A stretch of DNA of 64,000 nucleotides from Candidatus Latescibacterota bacterium (GCA_965261395.1 OZ253462.1:2272001-2336000), one strand, 5' to 3'. Shown: positions 39,948 through 49,583, counted from the stretch's first letter. Notes: generated by a model not told the origin, from the sequence alone. Made by a program: numbers and translations.

Positions 39948-40917
39948 GTAGGGTAGGCAGCAGGCGAGTTGCTGGTATCAGCACTTTTCCTACTACCCCC
40001 CTCCGAACCGGACTTGCGGCTTTCACCGCATCCGGCTCTCCAGTGTGTTCTTCCAGAAATCCCATTCATTTCTGTGCTGGCCTGCATGTATTGCCTTGTG
40101 ACAAGTAGTGCAGGTCATCAGAGTTTTACGTCTGAGGGCAGCCATGCGATGTATCCAAACAGGTTTTGTTTTCCTACCTGGCATGTCTACATCTTTTAAC
40201 TTCCGCACATGATGAACTTGGATTGCCCCTTGTTCCCCGCACATTTCGCACTCTTCTTTCATCATCCGAGTCAGGATTTCACTTCTGTTAGTCCCTATTC
40301 GTGTGATGGTGTCCGAGATAGTGCTGGGTTGAGGGTTTCTTTTCAGGGGTATAGCCCCAAAGTGGGAGATAAGTGGTTTCTTTCCCTCTCTCTCCACAAC
40401 AGCTTGAAATACACGGTAAATTTTCCCGTTTAGTCTTTTGGTATCCTTATACTTCTTTGCGACCTTGGACACCGTAGACTTATATTTATTCGCCAGTGTT
40501 TTGAGGAGGGACGTTACTACCACCCATTCCAATCTGTTGAGGTTGTGCACGTTGTGAGCCATGATATAATACTGTGCGATACCTCTGTATTCTGCCTGAT
40601 AATGAGCGATTATGTCGTAATCGCTATTGAGCAGAAGTTCAGAGCGGTGTATTGGCTTACCGTTTTGCATGTATTTTCTCATGGATTTCACTATGACCTC
40701 TTTGGGAACCCCATACCAAATTTGTCCGTTTGCCGTTCTTCTCTCATTTCTCTGCATTACGCAGAGGTCATACCCGAGGAATCTGGCTTTTTCGGTCTTG
40801 GCGTGGGTTATTAAGGTCTTTTCGACAGACAACTCAAGACTGAGTTCCCTTTCTAAAAACCCTTTGATGTGTTCCCTGATTTCCTCAGCCTCTCCTTTAT
40901 TACCTGAGAAGCTGAGT

Positions 40918-42495
40918 GGGCACCTTAGCCGATTGTTATGGCACGATTTCGGTACGTATGTGTATATTTTACAGTAACTTGTTCTATTCTTTTGCCGCCT
41001 CCCCCGCGGCACGCTCCCCTCGATTGAGAAAGAAGGGGAGCAATGCCTGCGATTCTCTCTCTGGCGCCCTTTCAGCAGCGGCAGCAGTGGGCGCGCTTTC
41101 GAAGTAGAGCGCATGAAGCCCTGGACGAGTTGCTGGATCGGGTGGAGACGCAAATGAGCGAGCACGGATCTACTCCGCCGACGTTGATGGAGATTACCGA
41201 GGCGGTGTCGCAAGAGCGCTCCGGGCTTACCGCGGCGGTGGTGGAAGCCTTCATCGAACGCCGCCACGGCCAGTTCCTGGCGCAAGAAGAGGCGGCCTGC
41301 CCGAAGTGTGAGCGCGTCCTGCGTGCGCGACCGTCGCGCTCGCGCACGGTGGAGACGCTGCTCGGGCCGGTGCCCTTGGAGCGGCCCTATTTCTACTGCG
41401 TTTCCTGTGAGCACGGCTTTTATCCGCTGGACGAGGCCCTGGGCCTGTCGGGGCACCGCAAGCAGTGGGACGTTCAAAACGCCGGGGTCAAGCTGGCGCT
41501 GGAGATGCCCCACCAGCGCGCCGCGAAGCTGCTGGACGAGCTGACCGACGCGTCGATGAGCGACTGTGTGATTCACGAGGTGCTGCAACAGACCGGGTCG
41601 TTGGACGTGCTGCAGGTGTGTCCGGACGCGGCCGACATCCAGGATCGCATTGCTCAAGCCGCCGCCGCTCGCAAGTGGCGGCCCATCGTGGTGTTGGCCA
41701 TCGACGCGGCCGACGTGCCCAGTCGTCCCGAGACCGCCAAAGGGACTCGTCCGGGGCGCAAGAAGAGCCGGGCTCGGCGAAGGCGTTGGCAGGGTGAATA
41801 CCACGAAGCCAAGGGCTTTCGCTTCTACTTGGTAGACGATGAGCGCATCGAGCAGCTGATCTCCTGGCACCAGATGGGCGACGAACAGGCCTTCGGCTCG
41901 GCCTTGCGCCAGGTCAAGGAGGCGGGGCTGATCCCGGAGGAGCAGGTGCGCTTGTGTGCCATCGGGGACGGAGCCCCGTGGATCTGGAAATGGGTGGAGG
42001 AACTGTTCCCGAGCGCCCGTCAGATCCTCGACTACTACCATTGTAGCCGCTACCTGCACGCGGTGGCCGAGGCTCAATACGGCACCGATGCGGCGCGCGC
42101 CAGCCATTGGCTGGAAGCGACTCTGGCGCGCCTGTTCTGCGGTGAGGGCACCGGCGTGGTTTGGGGTCTGCAGCGCATGCAGGCGGTCTCGGAAGAGGCC
42201 GAAGAAGCGATCGGCACGGCCTTGACGTACCTGCAAAAGCGATTGCATCAAGTCGATTTCGGCAGCCATCGCAAGGGCGGATACCCGATCGGGTCGGGTG
42301 CGATCGAATCGGCGCATCGCTTCATCGGCCATGTTCGTCTGAAACGCTCGGGCGCTTGGTGGTATAAGGAAAACAGCAACGCCATTCTTGCCCTGCGTTG
42401 CGCCTTGTACAATGGAACGCTTGACCGGGTCTTTCAGCAGTACCGAGACAACCTAAAAACAACCACCAAAACCGTAACAATCACCTAATGCACCC
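40918..42495 (+). mobile_element. ISKra4/ISLre2-like (Mutator-type) IS, 1578 bp
   Basis: 24-bp imperfect TIRs (18/24); 8-bp TSD AGCTGAGT at 40910-40917 and 42496-42503. Confidence 0.92.
41043..42488 (+). CDS. Mutator-type DDE transposase
   Basis: CPKC and CVSC zinc ribbon, IGDGAPWIW, LDYYHC, IGSGAIESAHR. Confidence 0.92.
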   Translation: MPAILSLAPFQQRQQWARFRSRAHEALDELLDRVETQMSEHGSTPPTLMEITEAVSQERSGLTAAVVEAFIERRHGQFLAQEEAACPKCERVLRARPSRSRTVETLLGPVPLERPYFYCVSCEHGFYPLDEALGLSGHRKQWDVQNAGVKLALEMPHQRAAKLLDELTDASMSDCVIHEVLQQTGSLDVLQVCPDAADIQDRIAQAAAARKWRPIVVLAIDAADVPSRPETAKGTRPGRKKSRARRRRWQGEYHEAKGFRFYLVDDERIEQLISWHQMGDEQAFGSALRQVKEAGLIPEEQVRLCAIGDGAPWIWKWVEELFPSARQILDYYHCSRYLHAVAEAQYGTDAARASHWLEATLARLFCGEGTGVVWGLQRMQAVSEEAEEAIGTALTYLQKRLHQVDFGSHRKGGYPIGSGAIESAHRFIGHVRLKRSGAWWYKENSNAILALRCALYNGTLDRVFQQYRDNLKTTTKTVTIT

Positions 42496-43970
42496 AGCTG
42501 AGTAGGAAGTCATCGGCGTATCTGATGTATTCCAATTTTCTATAACTTTCGTCATCTATTATAGACGGAATAGATTTCATCAGCTCACCGTAGTGCTTAT
42601 AGGCATCCATATCCCTGCTTTTCTTTGCTTTTGAGCGTAAGTGCTCATAGCGCCGATATTCAGGGTTACGGCTACGGCCTCCATTTTCTTGTCGGCCATA
42701 GTTGTATAGAGGCAACAGTTCCTTTTCAATCCATTTATCGAACGCATCCAAGTATATATTGGACAGTAATGGACTGATTATTCCGCCTTGTGGTGTCCCA
42801 CTATGCGTTTGGTTATGTTGCCAATCTTCAACATACCCAGCTTTCATCAAGTTTTTAACCAGTCGTAAAAATCTCTGGTCATGGATGTTTTGACCTAATA
42901 TGTCCAACATTATATCGTGGTCGATGTTATCGAAACATCCCTTGATGTCACCTTCTATGAACCAGCTAATGTTCCTGTGAGATTGTCCAATCTGCTGTAA
43001 GGCAGTGTGGCAACCCCGTTGGGAGCGGAAGCCGTGACTTCGGTTACTGAAAGTCGGTTCATAGTAGGTTTCCAGCAGGATTTTCATGGTAGCTTGTAGT
43101 AACTTGTCATCTCCTGTTGGGATGCCAAGCGGCCTACTTTTACCATTACTTTTGGGGATGTATGTTCGGCGCACTGGTTGCCAACGGTAGGTCTCGCTTT
43201 TGATTTTCTGGATTATTCTGTCCATCCTTGCGGTTGACATATTATCCATTGTCTCATCGTCGATGCCTGGTGTCGTTGCACCTTTGTTGGCGTAAATCTC
43301 CGCGTATACCATCTTATACATCTCGATATTGAAGAGTTGTCTATACATCCTGTCCAAAGGTTTCCCTTCGATACCCCTCTTCTGGATGACATTTAAAACA
43401 GTTTCGGCAGTCTGCATTTCGCATACCTCCTTGTTTGAATGTCTAACATACCTGTCTCCCTTCGCCATGTAAGGGTCTTTCTCCCTCGCTGACTACTATG
43501 GAGACTCCGTGACCATGTGCCTCTCGGCATGTAGGCCATCCCTGCTTCCGTGCATAATCACTGGCAGTATCCCTTAGATTCCTCGTTCGTCCCCTTAGTC
43601 TTGCTCTTTGCAAGCTGTCTCCTCGTTGGCAGGTAGTCTTGGCAACTCGCTTATGCCAAAGACCGTTTGACGGGTATACTAGATTAATACACGTCCGGAG
43701 GATTTGGGTTTCAGCCATATTTCCCAAAGATGCCCGATTTACACCGACTGGGAACTGAGGTTCAGGCAGTTTAGCTTTAATCATAGGATACAGGTCTTGA
43801 CGGACTGAAGTTCATTATGGCTATCCCGTCATCCGCTTTTACCACCATGCTGTGTTCCCCTCCCCTTTTCAGGTTTGGGTAAGGTGGTTGACCTATGGGG
43901 TGCCCTGCTCCCCATGTCTGCTCCCCATGTCTGCTTTACAGACAGGTGATTATGCCGTGAACAGGCGCAC

Positions 43971-44030
43971 GCGCGTCTCGGGATCAGACCCTAAGTTGCC
44001 GATGAGTAAAACCTTGTTGAGACTCGACAT
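43971..44030 (-). CDS. ssb: Single-stranded DNA-binding protein, exon 1
   Basis: MSSLNKVLLIGNLGSDPETR, preceded by AAGGAG. Confidence 0.93.
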
Positions 44031-44031
44031 A

Positions 44032-44265
44032 TTATTGCTCCTTGTCTTGCCCGTTGGGCTTGGTGAACCGGTTGGGGATGCTGAGATAATCCTGCTTCCA
44101 CTCGCTGCGCTTGCGGCGCTTGCGTGCCTGGGGTGTCTCGATGCCGTAGCGGCGGCAGAGGCGGCTGAAGCTGCCCGGGGCAATGCCCAAGGCCGAGCCG
44201 GCGTCGTGATTGCTGGCATACATCCGCGCGGCGCGTTCGATGCGATCTTTTGCGATAGGCGGCAT
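44032..44265 (-). CDS. Small basic HTH-like protein (77 aa)
   Basis: AAAAGGAG SD; SNHDAGSALGIAPGSFSRLCRRYGI resembles a Fis-type HTH; basic tail; stop 1 bp before ssb. Confidence 0.7.
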   Translation of the reverse strand: MPPIAKDRIERAARMYASNHDAGSALGIAPGSFSRLCRRYGIETPQARKRRKRSEWKQDYLSIPNRFTKPNGQDKEQ

Positions 44266-44287
44266 GAGTTTCTCCTTTTGTGCCAGA

Positions 44288-44431
44288 TTAAGCTAGGTAG
44301 CGAAAAACGGGAAAGCTCCAGACGACGAAGATTGCTCCTGTACACATCGGCCCTAGCCTGCTTACTTGGCGCTGGGCGTGCTTGTTTTTGCTCAACTCGC
44401 GTAAGGCGTGAAACGCAAAAATTGGGTTCAT
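44288..44431 (-). CDS. Putative 47-aa small protein
   Basis: MNPIFAFHALRELSKNKHAQRQVSRLGPMCTGAIFVVWSFPVFRYLA*; AGGAG SD; hydrophobic C-terminus. Confidence 0.55.
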   Translation of the reverse strand: MNPIFAFHALRELSKNKHAQRQVSRLGPMCTGAIFVVWSFPVFRYLA

Positions 44432-44456
44432 TGTTCTGCTCTCCTATGGCCAGCTA

Positions 44457-44540
44457 TTAGTTGAGAAGCGGCTTCACCGCAAATACGAAGAGGCTGACGA
44501 GGGCGTACATTAGGCCCTGGCTGATGATCTCGCGTCGCAT
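44457..44540 (-). CDS. Putative 27-aa hydrophobic peptide
   Basis: MRREIISQGLMYALVSLFVFAVKPLLN followed by TAA TAG; AAGGAG SD. Confidence 0.55.
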   Translation of the reverse strand: MRREIISQGLMYALVSLFVFAVKPLLN

Positions 44541-44625
44541 GTGGTTTTGCTCCTTGCGATGAGGTGCTTAGTGCTCAGTTTTCCAACGCAAAAAAGGCCC
44601 TTTTTACTTCGATTACCTGCACAAA

Positions 44626-44654
44626 AAGATAGTAAACATTTGTATATAAGTCAA
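44626..44654 (-). promoter_or_regulatory. Sigma70-like promoter of the micro-ORF/ssb operon
   Basis: TTGACT-17-TATCTT inside an AT-rich tract; the spacer contains an imperfect palindrome. Confidence 0.65.
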
Positions 44655-44886
44655 GAAATTTGCTCCCTTTTTTTACCTCGTTTTACAAGGGTTTTTCCAT
44701 CTGACCAAAAAACAATAACTTATTGATATAAAAAAACTTTTTCAGCTTAATAAATTTCCGTTAATATATAAAAAAACAAAGATTGCCCTGCCCTGCAAAC
44801 GCGGTAGTGCTGCGCAGAGCTTCGTTTGTTACATTATGGGCACTAATGGCGCAACGGCTGCGAATCTACGAGAAAGGAGAAAAGCC

Positions 44887-45300
44887 ATGAGTACGGTACT
44901 CGTCCACATTGGCGTCCGAGCCACCGACCTCGAAAAGACCATCCGCTTTTGGCGCGACGGCCTCGGCCTGCCCGTGGTCTCGACCCACGAGAATTGCTAC
45001 GACCTCAGCGACGGCCACCACAACTTCCGAGTTTTCCAGCACAACGGCCCGGCCCGCCCGGACCACGTCAGCGGGATGCTCGACTACCTGCACATCGGCG
45101 TGCGGGTGCCCGACCTCGCAGCCGCCGGCAGCCGCCTATTGGCCATGGGCTATGAAATTTTTTCCGATGGTTTAGGAGGCAAAGAGCCGGTTGATGTCCA
45201 CAACATCCACGAAGGGGCCTTCAAGGTCGAAGACCCAGATGGCATTACCGTGGACGTGACGGCCAGCGACGGTCAATGGCCTGGTGCGGTGCTCAAATAG
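44887..45300 (+). CDS. VOC/glyoxalase family protein
   Basis: HIGVRATDLEKTIRFW, HIGVRVPDL, EDPDG. Confidence 0.85.
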   Translation: MSTVLVHIGVRATDLEKTIRFWRDGLGLPVVSTHENCYDLSDGHHNFRVFQHNGPARPDHVSGMLDYLHIGVRVPDLAAAGSRLLAMGYEIFSDGLGGKEPVDVHNIHEGAFKVEDPDGITVDVTASDGQWPGAVLK

Positions 45301-45342
45301 CCCAACTCCATTCCAATCCTTACCCCTAATCGAGAGGATCTA

Positions 45343-46746
45343 ATGCCAGCCAAAAAGACCAACGTCATTATCTTCGGCATCGACAGCCTGCGCGCCGATC
45401 GCATGAGTTGTTATGGCTACCACCGCCAGACCACGCCCCATATCGACCGCTTTGCCGCAGACGCCGTGCTCTTTGAAAAGAACTACTCGGCCCACATTCC
45501 CACGACCTCGGCCTACGCCTCCATGCTCACCGGCCTCGACTGCTTCGGCACCAGCGTCGTGGCCCTGCGCCACCGCGGCGGCCTGCCCAAAAAGATCAGC
45601 ACCCTACCCGAGATCCTGCGCAGCAGCGGCTACAACACCTCGTGCGTTGGGTTCACGGGCAACCCCAGTTCGCGCGGCTTCAGCCGCTATTTGGACTATC
45701 CGGGTTGGGGTTCCTTTGCCGAAGGCCGCAGCCCCAAGGCCGAAAACCTCAACCAAGTCGCCATCCCCGAGCTGGAACGGCTCGCGCGCTCGAAGAAACC
45801 CTTCTTCCTGTTCTTGCGCCACATGGACCCACACGCCCCCTATCTGCCGCCGGCCCCCTTTGAGCGGATGTTTTACAGCGGCAACGAATTCGACCCCAAA
45901 AACAAGAGCATGGAGCCGGTGTTTAGCTTCAAGCCCTTCTGCGACTTCTTCGCCGATTGGATGCCGCCCGGAGTGCGCGACCGCCACTATGTGGATGCCC
46001 AGTACGACGGTGCCGTCGCCTATATGGACGCCTGCATTCAGCGCATCCTCACCCGCGTCGAAGAGCTGGGCTTGGGCGACAATACCTTGATCGTCATCAA
46101 CGGCGACCACGGCGAGACCCTGTACGAGCACGACTGCTGGTACGACCACCACGGCATGTACGAAAACACGCTACACGTGCCGCAGATCATCCGCCTGCCC
46201 GGCAAGTTGCCCGCGGGCAAGCGCGTCGCGGGGACCGCCCTGCACCAAGACTTGGTGCCCACCGTACTCAGGCTCCTCAACATCCGCGCGGACATCGCAT
46301 TCGACGGTCAGTCGCTACTGCCGCTGATCGCGGGTCAAAGGGCCTCCAACTACTCGGATTTTTACATCACGGAATGCACTTGGATGCGCAAGCACGGCTG
46401 GCGCACCCCGGAGTGGAAGCTGATCGTCGCGCTAGAGCCGGACTTCCACTTTAAGCCCGAAGTCGAGCTATACAACTTGGTCGCCGACCCGCTGGAGCTG
46501 AAAAACTTGGCGAAAAAAGAGCCGGGGATCGTTGCCACTCTGAAGGAGCGGATGGAGGCGTGGATCGCCAAACGCGAGCGGGAAACGGGCGAGATTAACC
46601 CGATGTACACCAATTTGCAGTGGCACGGCTCAAAGACACACGAGGGACCGTTCGAGACTTCGCAACAGGCGTACGACACCTTGCATATCGGCTCGGTGGG
46701 TGCGGCAAACAGATTGCAGGCGGGGAAAAAGAAAAAGGGGTCGTAG
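45343..46746 (+). CDS. Sulfatase-like alkaline-phosphatase-superfamily hydrolase (no CxPxR)
   Basis: IDSLRAD, HIPTTSAYASMLTG, DPHAPY, GDHGE. Confidence 0.85.
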   Translation: MPAKKTNVIIFGIDSLRADRMSCYGYHRQTTPHIDRFAADAVLFEKNYSAHIPTTSAYASMLTGLDCFGTSVVALRHRGGLPKKISTLPEILRSSGYNTSCVGFTGNPSSRGFSRYLDYPGWGSFAEGRSPKAENLNQVAIPELERLARSKKPFFLFLRHMDPHAPYLPPAPFERMFYSGNEFDPKNKSMEPVFSFKPFCDFFADWMPPGVRDRHYVDAQYDGAVAYMDACIQRILTRVEELGLGDNTLIVINGDHGETLYEHDCWYDHHGMYENTLHVPQIIRLPGKLPAGKRVAGTALHQDLVPTVLRLLNIRADIAFDGQSLLPLIAGQRASNYSDFYITECTWMRKHGWRTPEWKLIVALEPDFHFKPEVELYNLVADPLELKNLAKKEPGIVATLKERMEAWIAKRERETGEINPMYTNLQWHGSKTHEGPFETSQQAYDTLHIGSVGAANRLQAGKKKKGS

Positions 46747-46833
46747 CGAAACCACGCGCCCTTGCGCAGGTTACGGTCGGTCCTATATTGCCGAAAACCG
46801 GGCGCAATGTCGCAATGTAAGGGGAAATGCACT

Positions 46834-47400
46834 ATGACCACACAGCCGCAAAACCGCGCCTTCACGGTCGGCGAATACTACCGCATGGTCGAGGCGGACA
46901 TCCTCACCGAGGAGGATCGCGTTGAGCTTATCGCCGGGCAGATCGTCGCCATGAGCCCCATTGGCAGCCGCCACGCCGCTTGTGTTGATCGACTCAACGG
47001 CTTATTGCATCGCCAGCCAGAACAGGCCTTCATCGTGCGAGTGCAAAGCCCCATCGCTCTCGACGCGTACTCCGAGCCGGAGCCGGACCTGGTGCTACTC
47101 CGTCCCCGCGTCGACTTCTACGCAGAGGCCCATCCGTCGGCGGCCGATGTGCTACTGGCCGTCGAAGTCGCCGATACGTCGGTCGACTACGACCGCGAGG
47201 TCAAGCGGCCCCTCTACGCTCAAGCCGGCCTTCCCGAAGTGTGGCTGATCGACCCCCGCGTACGCGGGGGCCGCATCGAAGTGTACGCCCGGCCCCAAGG
47301 CGGCGCGTACCAACAGCGCGTCAAAGTCACAGCCGACACCACCCTCACCTCGCCGACGATCCCCCAGCTCGCATTGGCCGCCGCTGACTTGTTAGGCTGA
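46834..47400 (+). CDS. Uma2 (DUF820) family endonuclease-like protein
   Basis: RVELIAGQIVAMSP, EPEPD, LAVEVADTS, KRPLYAQAGLPEVWLID. Confidence 0.92.
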   Translation: MTTQPQNRAFTVGEYYRMVEADILTEEDRVELIAGQIVAMSPIGSRHAACVDRLNGLLHRQPEQAFIVRVQSPIALDAYSEPEPDLVLLRPRVDFYAEAHPSAADVLLAVEVADTSVDYDREVKRPLYAQAGLPEVWLIDPRVRGGRIEVYARPQGGAYQQRVKVTADTTLTSPTIPQLALAAADLLG

Positions 47401-47402
47401 CG

Positions 47403-47460
47403 TTACTCACCCTCCGTCCACGCCCAATCTAGCCACGAGACTAGCGCTTCGATGTCGCTG
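47403..47460 (-). repeat. Displaced duplicate of the serC 3' end
   Basis: 47420-47460 matches 49673-49713 at 37/41; encodes SDIEALVSWLDWAWTEGE*. Confidence 0.85.
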
Positions 47461-47473
47461 TCTTGAAATACCT

Positions 47474-49579
47474 ATGATCAATACGGATCAAATCAAAACA
47501 GTACGAGCGGCTCGAGAACTGCTTGAAGAAGTAGCCCGTTCTGACAGAAGACTTGTCTATTGGGTTGGCGCAGGAGCAAGTGCATGGGCTGGTTATCCGC
47601 TTTGGAATGATCTCTCTGAGATAGTCCATAGAGCTTTCTCACGTTATGAATCGGGATACGATGCCCAATATGGATTGGAGCTTCTCCAGACTGGTAATTA
47701 TCCAACTTTCTTTGAGAAAATAAAATCTGCTTCTCCTCAGAGATACAACCGACTAATCAAGGAGCAATTTACAATACAGCAACCTACACCTGTTTATAGT
47801 AGATTTTTATCAGCCATCTCTTCTATTCAACCAATCCGTCTTATTACCACAAATGTTGATGAGATGCTGGAAAAAGGTTTGGAAGGTGTACAGACAGTAC
47901 AACGAGATGATATTGAGCAAATTTTAGATCTTAATGCTTCAGATAAGTCATACCTGCTCAAGTTGCATGGTAGTGTTTCAGATATTGAATCAGTAGTTTT
48001 TACCAAGTCTGATTACGATGCTGTTTGGTCCAGTTATCGTGTTCCTGATATCCTCTCTAAGGTGATCGTCGAGTCCTCGTTAGTATTTATCGGGTACAGC
48101 TTGCAAGACCAGTCGGTAGTAGAGCTTCTTGAGCGGTCAGATCAACTTCGTAGTCTTCTTGGCGATGGCCCCCACTTCGCAATACTTCCTCAAGATAACA
48201 CTCAGTTACCTCCAAGTGTAAGGATAATCGAATACAAACCGATACCTTACAAAGATCACCGAACCTCAATAACCGTAATCGAGGAAGTAACTGCATCACG
48301 AAAAGGCCAAGATCCCGATTATATACCACAAGAGGCAGCTTCAAATCTAATAAGTGCACATCTACTTTTTGATATATTCCCTCCAGGAACTTGGAGCACT
48401 TCATATACTGCGGAGGCAACTTCTAGCTCTGGGGATGAAGTTTCTGTAACTGCTGGACTAGGATTTAAAAGTGATGAATTGGCTACTCGACAATCAACTG
48501 CTCTGAATGACTTGCTTGTTGGTCTCACTTGTTTTGATATTGTTTACGCTCCGTTCACTGCAGCCGCAAGATTAATTAAATTACTTGGTGAGCCGCTTTT
48601 TATGTACCTCGTGAAGAATGATGAACTTCGTTTTATTCATTGGGAACGAGAGTTGGTTTTGATATTCAGGTCTAAAGATGTCTTGAGACGAGGTGAACTC
48701 AATCCAATTACGGTATACGATCGCAAAGATGGCCCTCCTCTTCAAGCCATAGATCACTTACGACGTTGGATTACTCCTCAAACTGGAAAGGAAGCTCAAG
48801 CAGAAGAAAACGTCGGAATCATAGCAACACAAACTATAACTATTAAACAAGATCAAGAACAAGATATTGTTGGTCGTACTAGATCATTACTTATCAGTCC
48901 ACGTATTAGGAATATGCTTGGCGTGAGCGGAGGAGCTCCTTTAGATCAAATTACACAGTGGAACACATTTCCAGTTCTTCGCCTTGGTCATGTAGTTAAA
49001 ATTGGTACTGCATGTAATTTATTAGGCCTCGCTTCTGCCAAATTAGATTTTGGTTCTAGTGGTTTAGCAGGGCCAGCTTTTGCCACATCTTTTGGTCAAG
49101 AATGGTCTGATTCAGTTGCGAGTTATGTTTTGTGTGGCACTTTCTCAGAGGATCTTGGTAGATTAGCAGAATCCGATCCAGCGCTCATTGCAGCAGTGCT
49201 CAAATTCCGCGAATCCGCTGCAGGCTTACGCCTACGCGAGGAGGTGATGAGGCAAATTGCGGCTTCTGAGGGGGCTGAGGTTCGCGCTTCTGTGAATGCA
49301 GGTCTTAGGCAACTTTTGCCAAGTAGTGTCATGGATCAGGCACGGCGTCAGTTCGTCAATCTATATGTCAGTCCTACAAATCTTCAACAACCGAGAGCGA
49401 TGCTTTGGAATGATGCACGTTCAGCGGACCAAGCGTTGCGTTTATGGCGCGAACGAAGTCTACGCGAATTGAATGAAATATGCAGTAAAGCCGGTATTTC
49501 TCAATATGATCCATGTCCTTGTGGTTCTGGAGAGAAGTTAAAATTCTGCTGCGAAGAGTCATTGAGATCTAATTTATAG
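47474..49579 (+). CDS. Sir2-like (SIR2_2) protein with a C-terminal SEC-C motif
   Basis: WVGAGASAWAGYPLW, TTNVD, KLHGS, FIGYSLQD; YDPCPCGSGEKLKFCC; strongly AT-rich relative to the flanks. Confidence 0.88.
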   Translation: MINTDQIKTVRAARELLEEVARSDRRLVYWVGAGASAWAGYPLWNDLSEIVHRAFSRYESGYDAQYGLELLQTGNYPTFFEKIKSASPQRYNRLIKEQFTIQQPTPVYSRFLSAISSIQPIRLITTNVDEMLEKGLEGVQTVQRDDIEQILDLNASDKSYLLKLHGSVSDIESVVFTKSDYDAVWSSYRVPDILSKVIVESSLVFIGYSLQDQSVVELLERSDQLRSLLGDGPHFAILPQDNTQLPPSVRIIEYKPIPYKDHRTSITVIEEVTASRKGQDPDYIPQEAASNLISAHLLFDIFPPGTWSTSYTAEATSSSGDEVSVTAGLGFKSDELATRQSTALNDLLVGLTCFDIVYAPFTAAARLIKLLGEPLFMYLVKNDELRFIHWERELVLIFRSKDVLRRGELNPITVYDRKDGPPLQAIDHLRRWITPQTGKEAQAEENVGIIATQTITIKQDQEQDIVGRTRSLLISPRIRNMLGVSGGAPLDQITQWNTFPVLRLGHVVKIGTACNLLGLASAKLDFGSSGLAGPAFATSFGQEWSDSVASYVLCGTFSEDLGRLAESDPALIAAVLKFRESAAGLRLREEVMRQIAASEGAEVRASVNAGLRQLLPSSVMDQARRQFVNLYVSPTNLQQPRAMLWNDARSADQALRLWRERSLRELNEICSKAGISQYDPCPCGSGEKLKFCCEESLRSNL

Positions 49580-49583
49580 AATT

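Larger units (their letters stand above)
40023..43417 (-). pseudogene. Intron-encoded RT/maturase/HNH endonuclease (602 aa reconstructed), IS-disrupted
   Basis: RPLGIP, SHGFR, EGDIKGCFD, GTPQGG, YIRYADDFLLS|FSGNK, C-terminal CEMC...HHVRKLKD...CTTCH. Confidence 0.92.
39948..43970 (-). mobile_element. Group IIA intron in ssb (2437 nt without the nested IS)
   Basis: 5' GTGCG; domain V GAGCCGGATGCGGTGAAAGCCGCAAGTCCGGTTC; 3' end ...CCTACCCTAC; internal RT ORF; AT-richer than the host. Confidence 0.93.

Noticed and set aside
40023-42332. 769-aa ORF as a real fusion protein
   Set aside because: It is the antisense frame of the transposase running into the RT C-terminal half; the TSD and TIRs explain the junction.
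42485-43468. Retron, DGR or defence-associated RT
   Set aside because: Domain V, GTGCG/AC boundaries, X and HNH domains and an in-frame split ssb identify a group II intron.
44560-44800. Replication origin in the AT-rich tract
   Set aside because: No DnaA boxes or iterons seen; divergent promoters explain it.
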